From Lama guanicoe (taxonomy: Eukaryota), in the NCBI GenBank assembly GCA_013239625.1, contig MU053513.1, forward strand, positions 2,158,927 to 2,222,926: a DNA stretch of 64,000 bases, in the 5' to 3' direction. Below are positions 49,001-63,202 of this stretch, piece by piece; position 1 is the stretch's first letter; each line of letters starts with the position of its first letter. The notes under the pieces were generated by a model. That model saw only the letters and a list, made by a program, of their open reading frames with translations. It had not been told where the DNA came from and made no database searches. The translations under genes and the position numbers were made by a program.

Positions 49001-52000
49001 CAGACCACACAACACAGTTGAAGGGCACTTTGGAGAGTCTGTCGCGTCATTGTAAAGTAGCAGACAGTTGTCCTCGAAAGTGACTGACACTGAAACACAG
49101 GGAGCTTGTGTGCTGCCAACGGGGAGAGAAGTGCCATACAGATGAAGAGATCAAGGGCAGAGAAACCGAAGTCGGATTTCAGACATGGGTCCCAACTGGA
49201 AACCCACAGAAGGAGGAGCTCCAAATTGCAGCTGTTGATTTCTGGAGAAGGTCTTCATCATGTGAGAGGTTTTGGCAGTATCCTTTAAGATGACTGGTGG
49301 CAGGGATCTAATTATTTTATATTGGTTAATGAGCTTCTCAAGCCACCCAGGGCAGGTTCACTAATTCCACATAGGTCCTTTCTTCCCTCACATATGGTAT
49401 TTTGTGGTAAACACCACTAATAATGAGTGTCTACTCTGTACCAGGCATCATATTAAGTGATAAAGTGATAAAAATAACCAGCATTTCATGCTTGACCTCA
49501 CAGAGTTCAAGTCAAATTAAGACAAAGTTTCCATTAATGGCCTGGAGGGTAGGTACGTCAGGCCTGAGCCTTGAGCCTGAGCTCTTTACTGTAGGGAGGA
49601 AGCCCAGAAGGTTATCCTTAGATACCATGGATACATTTTTAGAATAGTTCTTTACTCATAAATATTCATTTATTCAACAAATATATACTTAGTACAAATA
49701 TTTGGTTGGTAGGCCCTGGTAGGTCATTGTAAGGCCTCTGGCTTTTATTCTGGGTGAGGTGGAAGGGATTAGAGTTTTTGAGCAGAGGGGTGATGTGATC
49801 TGACTCAACAGGGTACTAAGCTTACTGCTGTTACTGTATGAAGAGTAGAGCTTAGAGAGCAAGGGCAGAAAAACCAGCTGGGGTGGGAGGGAGAGAGATG
49901 GGGGTGATGGTGGGTTGGACCAGGGAGTTGATGGTAGAGGTGAAAAAATCAGTTGTATGCATATTATATTCTGAAGACATGTTTGGTGATGGATTAGATG
50001 TGAGGTTTCGACATGCTGTCAATGGAGACTTGGATGTAACGAGGGTTAGGCTTTAGGAAAGCATGTCTGCTATATGCTGGAATATGATGAAGTGGATATG
50101 AATACAAGACAATGGATGGTTAATGATTGACTGTGAAAGTTAAGTTAGATGAAGAGGGGTGTGAGCCCCTCTGATGAGGGGAGGAAAAGCGAAAAGGTGG
50201 TAGAATCAATGAACTGTTGGTTTTGATATGGTCAGAGATCTTTGGAGACATGGTTCTATGAAAGTAGGCTAGAAAAATAGGTGGTGGTGGTAAGTTAGAG
50301 GCTGGAAATGTAGATTATGGAAGGCTTGCAAGTTCTGCAAATACCAGGTCTAAGCTATACCATAGGAATGAGTGGCTGATGTAAGGTGATGGACAAGATC
50401 ACAGAGGAGAGGAGGTAAAGGACCTTAGAGGTTAGACAATTGGAAGGATCACCTGTCTGGATTTTGAAGAATGAAGACAGTAGCTGTGTTGCTGAGAGTG
50501 ACGTGGGCCAGGACTTGAAATCTAGCAGATGACCGCAAGAAGAAGAGGTAATGGGTGATATGGACAGATGGTCTGAGATTCAAAGTCGGAAATTTTAGGG
50601 AGGAGAAAAAGAGGATGACCTGGAGGTGGAGTAAGGAGGACACCTATCCCTCATCTTACGTTACCTGCAGGCCCAATGTTTCCAGGTATATGAAGGAAAA
50701 ACAGCTAGTATATGGAGGATCCCAGGGGAGAGCCAGGTTTACAAGGAAGCAAGAAGGTGAAGGAAATGATGAGAGAAGAGAGCAAAAAAATAGGAGAGTT
50801 TGCTGCTGATGATTCCAGACAGCACAGGGCTCCCTCCTCACTTCTACACTGGAAAAGCAGAGCCCTCTCAGTGGGCATACGTTTTCCAGGCTTTGGTAAA
50901 TCATGAATCTGTGCTAGCAGAGTACATATTCTTTTGGATTTTTAAAGTGGGAATGTCTTTTGCATTTAAGAATTAATACAGTTTGTCTATTCTAGGAAGG
51001 ACCTAGTTGTAAAACCAAGCCAGCTATCTACTATAGGTCTTCTGTCATGGCCACCTGAAGGGGCTCACCCGACACAGAGAAGGGACATATGAGGACTGAT
51101 GATGGCCCCTAGGACTAAGAATAGTAAGCAAATACTGGGTATCAGAGACTTCCTGAACTTCTCAGTAAGTCCCTCATTTGGTAGAGGAATTAATACTAAG
51201 GTAGAAGGGACATGAGTTACTAGAACATTTTGTGGTACAACACTGATGGATTCCAGCAGTTCCGCTGGATAAAAGCTCACAGTCAGACTGCACTTGTTAC
51301 CAAGGTTTTGTTCTGCTCACCACCTTGACCTCTGCAATCTGGTTATGGTGTCTGAGAAAGCCAGGACTGTGTACATCTTAAATTGATCCAATCTGACAAT
51401 GTTTGGCACTACAGCAGTCTCCTGCTCTTTTTTTTTCCTTAATGGAGTTAGATTTTCTTTATAAAGCTTTCTCTTTTCTGTATTAAAATAAATCATTGCT
51501 ACATACTTCAGTCAGAACCCTCACCTGGAATAATGAAATGGATTTTTAAAAGCACTTTCTTCCCTGTTGTAACATTTTTGGGGTAAAAATGGATCCTTTG
51601 TCTAAGAAATTTCAGAAGCATTTAATTGACTTGTTTCTGGAAGATTCCATTTCTACAGTCTTAGGATAGAAAGTGAATGGTATTTGACATACTCAAACTG
51701 TACAGATTATATTTGATGTCCTCTATAACTATCGTTAGAAGAGCAGTAGTGAAAATTAAATGGATGTATCATTTAATTACACACAACGGAATAAAAAACG
51801 TATTTTTCTCTGACCACACAACTTCATGTACAACTCTTGTGGCACCATTACATATTGCTTAGGTAAAGTTTTATTTTAAATTTTTAGCACATTTATGCTT
51901 TTTTTTGGGTCTGTATCAAAAGTAGAATATTGTAATCATTCAAAGAGCAAAATGGTTGTTAAGCCTGTATGTATAGCAAGTGCAAATTCCACAGACACAA

Positions 52001-53389
52001 AATGTGTGTGCAAAAGATGGCAACTCACTCTATTTTTCCATAAATAAATTTAACTTCTACTTCTAGCTGTTGCTTCTACTTGATGGTAGAAAGCTTTATC
52101 TTGTAACTTGAGGTAGACTCAGGCAAATATGGTAATTTCTCAGTAATTCACGTTTAAGTGTAGTCTCCTGTCTCCTCTCCCCAAGAAGGCATCTCATTTA
52201 AGGGAGGGGGGAGAGGGAGCAGGTGTTGCAGGGGTCTCATATAGCATTACAGCGCCAAGTAAGCAGAGAACTCTGCTCTGGAACTCTCTGGGGTGGCTGG
52301 TAATGACTCGTGTTGACATGTGCTGGGTTTACATCTGGTTTCCTGTTTGTGCAGTCCACACTGAGGTCTGCAGATGGGATCTCTTTTAAGGACTCTAAGA
52401 CCCTTTGGGCCTCTGGCTTTTTGCTTTGTATATTTTATTCTCTGAAGGAGAATAAAAGGAGAAGGTGTTCCCTTTTTCCTCCAAGGCCATGAGCCACCCA
52501 CAGCTGTCACTGGGCTTCTCCGTCCCACTGCCTTCACCTTGCTGTGGCCCCTGGCACTTCTCTGGGATGCTTTGAGCTAACTTGCAGAGCTCCGATGTGA
52601 AGCAGCCACACGTCTCCTCTACAGATCCCCCTCAAAGTACATGCATTGGGCCTGTTACCCACCACCCTTCCGCAAGACCGGCTCTTGGACAGGGCAGGAA
52701 CAAGGGCCACTCGTGAGGGCCTGCCAGAGTCTGAGCTTTCTCCTCTCACTCTGAAAGTTCTTCTCCCCAGAGGATGGTAAGCGGGAGTTATTCTGGCTCT
52801 CTTTTGGAAGAAATCTTAAGCCTCAATTCTAGAGCTCAGCCTTTTAAAACAAAAAACTATCAGTCTCAAGGGCCTACTTTGGAATTCAAAATACAAGTAT
52901 TGACCATTTTTTTTCACGTTCTGGCTGTCCTTTGGAGGCAGTGGATGCCCTGACCGAGCAGAGGACTTGCTACTCTGAAGAGGTGCTGGGGAATGGGCAG
53001 AGGAGGAGGATGGAGGGGGAGGAGACACCCTGATGGGAACCAGAGGCCATCACCCCACAGCATCCACTCTCACCAGGTGGCCTCCAGCCATATTTTCTTC
53101 TCCAGGTACTGTGACATAGTCTATTTTAATTTTTTCCTATTTCTTCTTTAGTTTTTTTTTTTTTTGTCCCTTTCTATTTTGTTTCAAACAGAGATGTTCT
53201 GGTTTTGGCTTTTGACTTTTCTCTCTTCTTAACCTCAGCCTCTTTGAGATTGCATGCATTTCAACACCTTCATCTAGGTATATCTAGGCAAGCAGTGCCT
53301 ACCTCCAATCCTGACCTCCAGTCTCCCATTTCAACGGCCTTGAAGACATCTTTACTTGGACCTGGCATCACCTCAAAATAACATGTCCA

Positions 53390-53761
53390 CAGAGAAAGAC
53401 AAGTATCATATGATATCACTTTTATGTGGACTCCTTAAAAAATGATACAAATTCTATTTACAAACCAAAAACAGACTCACAGACATAGAAAACAAACTAT
53501 GGTGACCAAAGGGGAAAGGGCAGGGAGGGATAAATTAGGGGTTGGGGATTAACAGACACACATTACTGTATATAAAATAGATAAGCAACAAGGACCTACT
53601 GTATAGCACAGGGAACTATATTCAATTTCTTGTAATAACATATAATGGAAAAGAATCTGAAAAGAAAATAATACATGCATGTATTTGTATAACTGAATCA
53701 CTTTGCTGTACATCTGAAACTAACACTGTAAATCAACTAAACTTCAATAAAAAATTAAAAA
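53390..53761 (+). mobile_element. 5'-truncated L1 3'UTR insertion
   Basis: Perfect 15-bp TSD aaaataacatgtcca at 53375-53389 and 53762-53776, with aataaa and an A tail. Confidence 0.92.
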
Positions 53762-56700
53762 AAAATAACATGTCCAAAATCAAATTCTATACCTTTCCAT
53801 CAACTTTCAAAACTAGCCTCTGCTTTTCTCTCCATTTCCAGTTGTGGCATCACCATTTTGGCATTCACCATATCCCAAACTCTCTTTCTGGTGTCTAACG
53901 GTCCATACATCTCATGTATTATTACTTTGAAGTGTCTATTCTATTTGCAACCCCATCCCCATTCTGACTCTCGGCATTGGACTGTGGTGGCTCATTATCT
54001 CAGTACCTGTCCCCTGACTTGGGAATGTCTTAAACCTCACCTCCTCCTGCCATGTCCTTCCCCTGTGGATCTCTCAGTTACTCTTACCCTGTTTTGATTC
54101 TGTATCTTGGCCCTCACGTTCCATCTTGCTTCTTAGATGGATAAATAGACTTTGGATGTTCCAGCCTGGCTCTGATTTGTGTGTTGTTCTGGGTACTTAC
54201 TCTTCAATCTCGTGTGCCAGCCCTGCGTGAGTCTTGATTGATGAGGACTCCGCTTGATAGAGCCTAGTCCTCACCTGACCTCTGCCTCACTGAGAAAGGG
54301 CTTTGTATTAATTCGCCTCACTGCCTGAAGTCGGCTGAACACCATTCTCAGATTAACGGTGGTCTTACCATGTCTCTTCCTTCCTTCCTAGTCCTCAGGG
54401 ATTCTTCATCACCTACAGGAGAAGAATCAGACATGTTGAGTCTTGCATTTCAGCCCCTCCACATTCTATCACCAACCAGTTTTCTAGCTTTACTATTAGT
54501 GATTGTCATAAAAGAACCCTTAGTCAGCCCCACTAAATCAGTTCAATTACCATCTCTCTAGAACTCTCTGCTTTGGGACATTTGCAATTTTGCTTGTGTA
54601 TTTTCTGGTATTTGAAATCCCTCTCCCATCCCTACCCCCAATTCCATCTATGGGAAGCATACTCCTGTTTCAAATTTTAGCTTAAATTGCTTCCCGAAGC
54701 TTTCCTATCAGCTTACTGTATCTTTCCCACTGGAAACAGAAAATAACAACAGAAACTGAAATAATGAATCATTATGATCATATAAACAGATACATAAAAT
54801 ATAAATATATCTATATATATATACAGTTGGATGTAAGTGATTTTACCCATTGTTATAGCAATTGGATTCCAGGCTCTGGATGGGTTTCAGTGGAAAAAGA
54901 GAGATGAATTGCAATTGATCTAGCTAAGATCATAATGACCTCTGAACCCCCCAAATCTAGCCCTTCTTTTCAGTCCTCTTCCTTCTTGATACTTGTTGCT
55001 TGTGGTGCTCCCCAAATCCCTATGCCCCCAAATTCCCTCCCTATAGGTCTTTTTTCTTCCTCACTAACTGCCCCCTTTTAGGCTGGTTTTCCATCTTTCT
55101 TTGCCTAAACCCTGATCTGCCGTTCTCTCTCAGTGATATAACCAGTGACTTCAAAGGCCAGCTTATGATACAAATATTGACGTCTACCCTTGACTCTTCT
55201 ACTAGTAAGCTCAGTCCAGACCTATGTTTCTGGCTTGGTGGCCCTGCAGCTAATTCAAACTCTAAATATCAGAGACTGAACTCACTATTGGCCTCCACGG
55301 CCCCAGCTTGCTTCTCCATCTGTATTCCATTTGTGATGGGAAACAGAATCATCCCCTCCGTCACTCATTCTGGAAGAATCCTCAGCTCCTCCTCGTCCCT
55401 CAACACTCAATTCACCCTTCTCCTCAAAACTTTTCGAGGCATCTCGTAACACTCAGAGTTATGTCCAAATTGTTTACCGTGGCCTTAAAGGTCCTACACA
55501 AACTGGTCTCTGCCTAATTCTCCAAACTCACCTCATGCCACTATTCTCCTTTTGCCAAACTCTAATAACTCGGATTCTTCACCTGTGGCTAACCTATTAG
55601 GATTCTTCATATCTCAGTTTAAAGACCAGCTCCTCGGGGTCACAACTGACCTAACTAAAGTAGCTCCCCTTGTATTATTTTCTATTACCTAGCATTCAAT
55701 CTTCTTCATTCTTTGTTCTTAATATAAACCACAATTGTCTGCTCTTCCTGGCAAACAAGCTTCATGAGAACAGGTGCCTGTCTGCTTTTTCATTGTTTTA
55801 GCTGCAAGAGTTTGCCATGTGGTAGGAACTCAATCAAGCTTTATTGAATGAAAAAGTGGTCATCAAATTCTGTTGCTTCAGCTTTCAAAAGTCCTTCGAG
55901 TACCAAACCGTGGAGGAGAATGGTTAAATATGCAGGCTCAGGAGTAAGACATTCGGGGTTTGAAACCTAACCTCAATTCTTACTAGCCCTGGAAACTTTA
56001 AGCAAATTATCTAACAACTGTATACCTAAGTTAGCATATCTGCAAAATGGAGATATTAACAGTGTCTGCCTTATACAGCTGTTACAAGAATTGATACATA
56101 TAAATAATAAACAATTAGCATCTGCATAATACGCTTTATCTGTTAGCTCATTACTTTTCTCCTATAAACTATTACCCAAGCCTCCTATCTCTGGGATCTT
56201 TACCTAAAACATAAATTTGATCATATTACTTTGCTTCTTGAAACTGTTTAATGGCTGTTTTGTCCACGGGATGGAGTTCAGCACTTGGCATTGAGCACAA
56301 GGCTCTCCCAGCGCCATTTCTCACCACTCAGATCCAGGAGCCCACGTTCCAGTTACTTGGATTCCTTATCTTTCCTCAGAAGTTAACAGTGCTCTTTCCC
56401 CCGGTTTTTTATCTCAGCTTGGGTCCTTACCCTGCCTGGAACATTCCTTGCCCCTTCCAACGTGGAGAAGTTAACTGGAAATGAACAACTTCTCTACACT
56501 CCAGGAGGAATTTACTACACCTCCATGGTAGCTCTTGAACCCTGTTACACCATTATTTACTCGGTGGCTGCTCTCTGCCTCCCTTCCTGCAGAATGAGCC
56601 TCTTGCAACTAAGACCTGTGCTATTCAACTTTTAATCTATGGGGCTTACTGTGATGCCTGGCACACGGTAGTCAGAAAATGCTTTCTCTTGCTTGAATCA

Positions 56701-58311
56701 TGTCTTCTCTAAGATCTCCAAGATCAGTTTTAGACAACTTTCTCTAATTACGTCTAAAATTTCTTTTGGTTCCTTGAGCCTGGCTTATAATGGCCTCATT
56801 AACTTTTTTTGAAATAAATAATTCTAAATCGCCTTTAAGGAAGGGATGAAGAAAACAAGAGAGAGACACATCAGGACATTAAAATTGGTTTTACTTATTT
56901 GAAAATCAGCTTAGGTTTCAAATGATAAAAAGCTCCATTTGTAAAAAGAAATAAAATGTAAACAAAGCATTCATATTCATTTTATGGTACAAACAAAAGG
57001 CATAAAAATGCATTTTATTTTGATTAAATTCACTGAGACCTCTATACCTAATGATGCCCTTAAGAACTAAAGTAATTTTTTGAAACAATAGGATGCAGCT
57101 ATAGAAATTTCCTGACATAATAACCCTACATATCTTTCACTGATGGGTTCTTCTGTATTCAAAACAATTTATCTTATTGGCGAAGAAGCTTTTGAGACCA
57201 CACATGAAAAGATTAGGCTTTTCCATCAGAACAGACAGATAAAATTAGAAATTCTATGAAAGATCTAATTTATGTGAAAATTTCAGTTTTTTTTTGCTAA
57301 AATATGCCTCTACAGAGAAAGTTGTCCAGCAATGTGATATAACTTAATTCTATTTTTTTTTACTGTTTCCATGGATAGAAATATTAGAAATACTACCTTG
57401 AATTTTGCAAAGATTTATTTGAAGTTATGGGAAAAACAAGAACATGGAAAATATTTTCTTAAGTAAATAAAACTCAGGAAGGCAGTGAAAGTACATTTTG
57501 CAGCAGTTACAAATCGGATTACCCAAATCAATTTTGCCCCCATAGACCCACAATTTGGTCTTCTATTAGGGCAGGCAGAGACCAAACTAGCGAACTTGCT
57601 GGGGGTAGGAAATAATGCCGACCACAGCGGGCAGGAAGAAGGAAATGTTAATAACAACCGAGTGCTCTTTGTGTATCAGACACTGAACTAGGGGCTTTAG
57701 CATGTACATTATGCAATATCCCATGAAGTAGGCATTATTATTATCTCTATTTAATGTGTGAGAACACCAAAGCTGAGAAGAATTATGTGCCTAAAGAGAC
57801 ATAGCTAGTGATGGTCTATCTGAGACCAAAACCCAAGCAGTCCGGACTCCAGGGGCTGAACTTTTAACCAGTAGGCTGTACCAGACTCAAGAGGCCAAAA
57901 GGTGGGCTCTAGAGGGTCTATGCTCACTTTAGGCTCCATAACTAGTGATTCATGGTGGTTATATTTAAGACCATCAGGTTCAACATAAGAAATACAATGA
58001 AAAGGAAGTTGGGAAAAGCATGTCTAGTCAAGACTGATCTCTGCTGGTCTGGGGGGTCTTGGAAAGGCTTCTACATTTTTGGTATCTCCTTAGACAATAA
58101 GAAAATTAAATGCACAAATAGGAAGTTAAAGTCGTACATATAGAACTGTGTAATTTTTGATGGTAAGTGCAGAAGCTTTATTGCCAAAACCATTATAAAG
58201 ATACAGTCTTTACAAAATTCTCAAAAATCTCCAGAGGAGGCAGTTTACAACCTTAAAAAAAAGAAAAAATACTATGGTCATGAATTTCTTTCTGATGGCT
58301 AACCTAAATTT

Positions 58312-59413
58312 TTTTTATTGAAGTATAGTCAGTTACAATATGCCAATTTCTGATGTATAGCATAAGGTCCCAGTCATATATATATATACATATATTCATT
58401 TTCATGTTCTTTTTCATTAAAGGTTATTACAAGATGTTGAATATAGTTTCCTGTGCTACAGAAGAAGTCTGGTTTTTAATCTATTTTTATATATAGTGGT
58501 TACCTTTGCAATCTCAAACTCCCAAATTTATCCCTTCCCACCCCCATTCTCCCTGGTAACCATAAAATTGTTTACTATGTCTGTGAGTCTGTTTCTGTTA
58601 TGTAGACAAGTTCATCAGTGTCCTCCATTTTTTTTTTTTTAGATTCCATATATGAGTGATATCATATGGTATTTTTCTTTCTCTTTCTGGCTTACTTCGC
58701 TTAAAATGACAATCTCCAGGTCCATCCATGGTGTTGCAAATGGCATTATTTTATTTTATTTTTTATCACTGAGTAGTAGTCCATTGTATAAATATACCAC
58801 AACTTCTTTATCCAGTCATCTGTCATTGGACATTTAGGTTGCTTCTATGTCTTGGCTATTGCATATAGTGCTGCTATGAATATTGGGGTGCATGTATCTT
58901 TCAAATTAGAATTCCCTCCAGATATATGCCCAGGAGTGGAGTTGCTGGATCATATGGTAAGTCTATTTTTAGTTTTTTGAGGAATCTCCATACTGTTTTC
59001 CATAGTGGCTGCACCAAACTACATTCCCATCACAGACCTAATTAAAGACCTTATAAGCTTTTGCACAGCAAAGGAAACCATAAGCAAAACAAAATGAACC
59101 TATGGAATGGGAAAAATATTTGCAAACAATGCAACTAACAAAGGTTCAATTTCCAGAATATATAAACAACTCATACAACTTAATAACAAAAAAAAAAAAC
59201 CCGATCCAAAAATGGGCAGAAGACCTAAACAAGCAATTCTCCAGTGAAGACATACAAATGGCCAATAGGCACATGAAACAATGCTCAATATCACTAATTA
59301 TCAGAGAAATGCAAATCAAAACTACAACTACATCTCATACCAGTCAGAATGGCTGTCAGTAAAAAGTCCACAAATGATGCATGCTGGAGAAGGTGTGGAG
59401 GCAAGGGAACCCT
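58312..59413 (-). mobile_element. L1 with 5' inversion (twin priming)
   Basis: An antisense 3' segment (58312-~59035) is joined to a sense ORF2 segment (~59036-59413). One 13-bp TSD ctaacctaaattt at 58299-58311 and 59414-59426 flanks the whole element. Confidence 0.92.
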
Positions 59414-60039
59414 CTAACCTAAATTTATCAAACTGAAGTTAAAACTCCTGATTTCCTTAAGTCCAAATGATGATCACATGCTCATTCATATACATCCAAG
59501 GAAGTTATACAAAATGCTGAGTATAACTCTCTAGAGACATGGTGACATTTGGGTAAATTCGAGGTGATTCCTCAAAAAAATTTTTTAGGCTGGTAAAATA
59601 GTTTTGTGGGTCTCAAACAACTTCTCAGTTGCTGATGAATCTATCAAGTGTTGATATACAGCTAATATTAAAGGTAAGATAATGATTATCCCTTATAGAT
59701 TGTCCATGCTCTTTAACTTTTCTCCTTCGCCCTTTGGCTGACTGCTCCATGTAATTGATTGGCTTGTTTGCAGTTAAAATCTATCCATCTGACTATTTGT
59801 TAGCTGATGTGGTTCGGAATATTTGTTAGTAACTGAAACAATACAATCAAAATAAAACTATATATCATACATTTTCAAATGTCCCCTCTTTTTCTTACTA
59901 ATAATAAACTCATTTTGCTTTCTTTGACATACCATGTCACTTTCTTTTAGATTAATTCACTGAATTTGGTTCTTGCCAATTGTCTTTTCTTATTTTGTAA
60001 CAATAATGTGGTCTGTACTTTATACTGATGTATTTTATT

Positions 60040-61100
60040 TTTTAATAGTCTATTTCTTAAAGAATTTTCAGGTTCATAGTGAAACTGAGTGGAACATAGA
60101 GTTCCCTTATATTTTCTGCTCCCCCCAGTCTTCTACACTATCAACATTCCATACCACAGTGGTGTATTTCTTATAATTGATGTAACAATTTTAACATATA
60201 ATTATCCTACCCAAAGTCCATAGTTTACATTAGGGTTCACTGTTGGTGCTATACGTTCTGTAGGTTTGTACAAATGTATTATGAAATATATCCACCCTTG
60301 TGTCTCATGGAATAGTTTCACTGACCTAAAAATCCTCTGTGCCCTGCCTATTTATCCCTCCCTTCCTCCGGTTGCTGGTAACTACTAATCTTTTTGAAAT
60401 CTCTGTTGTTTTACCCTTTTCAGAATGTTGTATAGTTGAAATCATTTATTGATTGTATTTAGCTTGTTTTCATTTGATGATATACATTTATGATTTTCCT
60501 CCATGTCTTTTCATGGTTTGATAGCTCACTTATTTTCAGAACTGCATAGTAGTCCATTGTGTGGATGTACCACAATTTATTCATTCATTCACCTACTGAA
60601 GGACGTCTTGGTTGTTTCCAACATGGAATGTTGGAAATCATGAATAAAGCTGCCATAAACATCTATTTGCTTGTTTTTGTGTGGACATAAGCCTTCAGCT
60701 CATTTGGGTAAATACTAAGGAGCACAGTTGCTGGACTGTATGGTAAAAGTGCATTTAATTTTGCAAGAAACTGCCAAATTGCCTTCCAAAGTAACTGAAC
60801 CATTCTGCACTCCCGCCAGTAATGTGTAAGAGTTTCTACTGCTTCACATCCTTGCCAGCATTTGATGTTGTCAGTGTTTGGATTTTGGCCATTCTAATAC
60901 GTGGATAGTAGTATTTCATTGTTTTAATTTACATTTCTCTGACAACCTGTGATGTGGAACATCTTTTCATATGCTTACTTGTCACCTGTATATCTTTTTT
61001 GGTGAAGTATCTGTTCAGTTCCTTTGCCCATTTTAAAATCTGGTATTCATTTTCTTATTTTCTTTCTATATTTGGGTAACAGTCCTTTATCACCCGTGTT
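60040..61100 (-). mobile_element. Older L1 (L1MA/MB-type) 3' portion
   Basis: Antisense L1 3'UTR and ORF2-end motifs (ccaaagtccatagtttacattagggttcact, tgtggaacatcttttcatatgctta). Confidence 0.82.
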
Positions 61101-61462
61101 TTTCAAGTATTTTCTCTTATTTTATTTTTTTAGCATTAAACTTTCCAATTTCTCTAGTCATTCTTTCTCCCAGTTAGTATTCTTCATTATTTAAATTTCT
61201 TTGAAACCTCACTTGTTGACATGTTTATTCAGAATACACTTATTGAGCATCTTTTATTTAGCATGTCTTAGATCATGGGAATACAAGATGAAAATGGCAT
61301 GGTCCTTGGCCTCAACAAATGCAATCAATCCACCATAAGAGACAATAAAAGAATTGCTGCAATAGAAATACATGTAGGATGTTATGGCAGCAAAAGATAG
61401 TTGGGACTCTTCTGGGAAAAACAGGGTCAATGAATAACAACAACAATAGCAATAATATCTGA

Positions 61463-61582
61463 GATTGATTGATTGATTTTTAGGGAGAGGTTCATTTATT
61501 TAATGGAGAGATACTGAGGATTGAACCCAGGACCTCGTGCATGCAAAGCACGCATTCTACTGGTGAGCTATACACTCCCCCC
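61463..61582 (-). mobile_element. tRNA-derived SINE (camelid vic-1-like)
   Basis: gattgaacccaggacctcgtgcatgc...tgagctatacactcccccc, homologous to the other SINE copies. Confidence 0.85.
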
Positions 61583-62787
61583 TATTTATTAAGCTCTTAC
61601 TTTGTGCCTGGCACTGTAGCCAAGAGTTTTACATACACTGTTGTATTTAATGTCCACAATTACTCTGTGAGGTACATTTATTTTAATTTCATTAAATTAC
61701 AAATTTTTGTTTAATGAAGGACAACATGGACAAAGTTGAAAGACAAATGACAGGAGGGGTAGGACATATCTGAAATGTCTAAAACCAATAAAGGATTAAA
61801 TATATGTACCTTGTAAGGAACTCCTGCAAATAAACAAGAAAAAGAAGGAAAGTACAGCTGTAAAATGGACAAAGAATATGAACAAGTTACAAGAGAGGAA
61901 ATCTAAATGGTTAGCAAGTATATGAAGACACACTCAGAAGTATCAGTAGTCAGAGAAATGCAAACACATGTTAAAATAATGAGCTATCACTTTATCCCAA
62001 AAGGATGGGAAAAAAAAAGGAGAGAGGGAAAAATGTCAAGTGTGGGGGCACAGGAAGCCTCATGTGCTGTTGGTGGTAGTTTAGATGGAGCATCTATTTT
62101 GGAGAGAGATCTGGCTTTGCTTTGTCAAATTAAATGTGCATATCTTTCCCCCAGTGATTTGCTCACAGAACCCTAGCTTTTTCTGGAAGCAATGTTACCA
62201 GCTATCAAAGACAAATAGTGACTGATCTTGGCTACTCTCATTAATCCTGTGCCCTTTGTCATGCCTGAACATGGCATGTGACCAAGCCCCAGATAATTAT
62301 ACATAACAGGAAGTCTGCTACGAGGCCGCTAAGATTGTCTTCCTTGATATGCAAGGATGTGCTATTTGGTGCTTCAGCAGCCATCCTGCTCCAGTGAGAA
62401 ACAACCTAGTATCTCAAAGCCAATATGCTGAGATGGCAGAAGAGGTGGACTCTTGGTCTTTGAAGATATCATTGAGTTTGCAAACAACCTTGAAACTACC
62501 TTTCAGTGGACTGCTTGTCTTGCCAGGTAACTACATATCCTTAAGGTTTAAATCACTTTATTGGGAGTTTCTGTTTCTTTTGGGCAAAATTGTCCTTACT
62601 GATGCAGTGCTCCAATGTTGGTTGAATGAATAAATAACTAATTGCTATAATCATCACAAAACAAACTGTTCATAGTCAGTCTTTATTTCCACAACCAGAG
62701 AAGTTAAAGAGCTGGAGGACATAATGAAAGCAGCTAACATGATACTAAAATAGATTGGCTGGTTATGAAAACAGCTACCTCAGATTC

Positions 62788-63202
62788 TGTATCAGTTTCC
62801 TAGGGCTGCCATAACATAGTACCACAGATCAGGTGGTTTAAAACAACTGAACGTTTCTCTCGTAGTTCTGGAGACTATAGGTTTGAAATATGTTCCCTCT
62901 GAAGGCTCTGGGGAAGAATCCTTCCTTGCTTCTTCCTAGCTTCTGGCGGCTCCTAGCAACCCTGGGTTTTTAGTTGCCTTCCTCTATCATCTTACATGAT
63001 GCATCACTGTGTGTGTCCCTCTGTGTGCCTTTCTCTTCTTCTAAAGGTGTATGTAGTTTGATTTAGGAGTCCACCCGAATCCAGTATGCTTTCATCTTGA
63101 TCCTTATTTTGACTACACCTGCAACGACCCTCTTTTCAAAGGTCACATTCTGAGGTTCCAGGTGTTGAAGAATTTGGGGAGGACACCCTTCAATCCACCA
63201 CA
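62788..63202 (-). mobile_element. ERVL-MaLR solo LTR (MLT1B/C-like)
   Basis: Ends tgtatcagtttcctagggctgccataaca and ggggaggacacccttcaatccaccaca. Internal tagttctggagact and aaggtcacattctgaggttcc. Confidence 0.82.
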
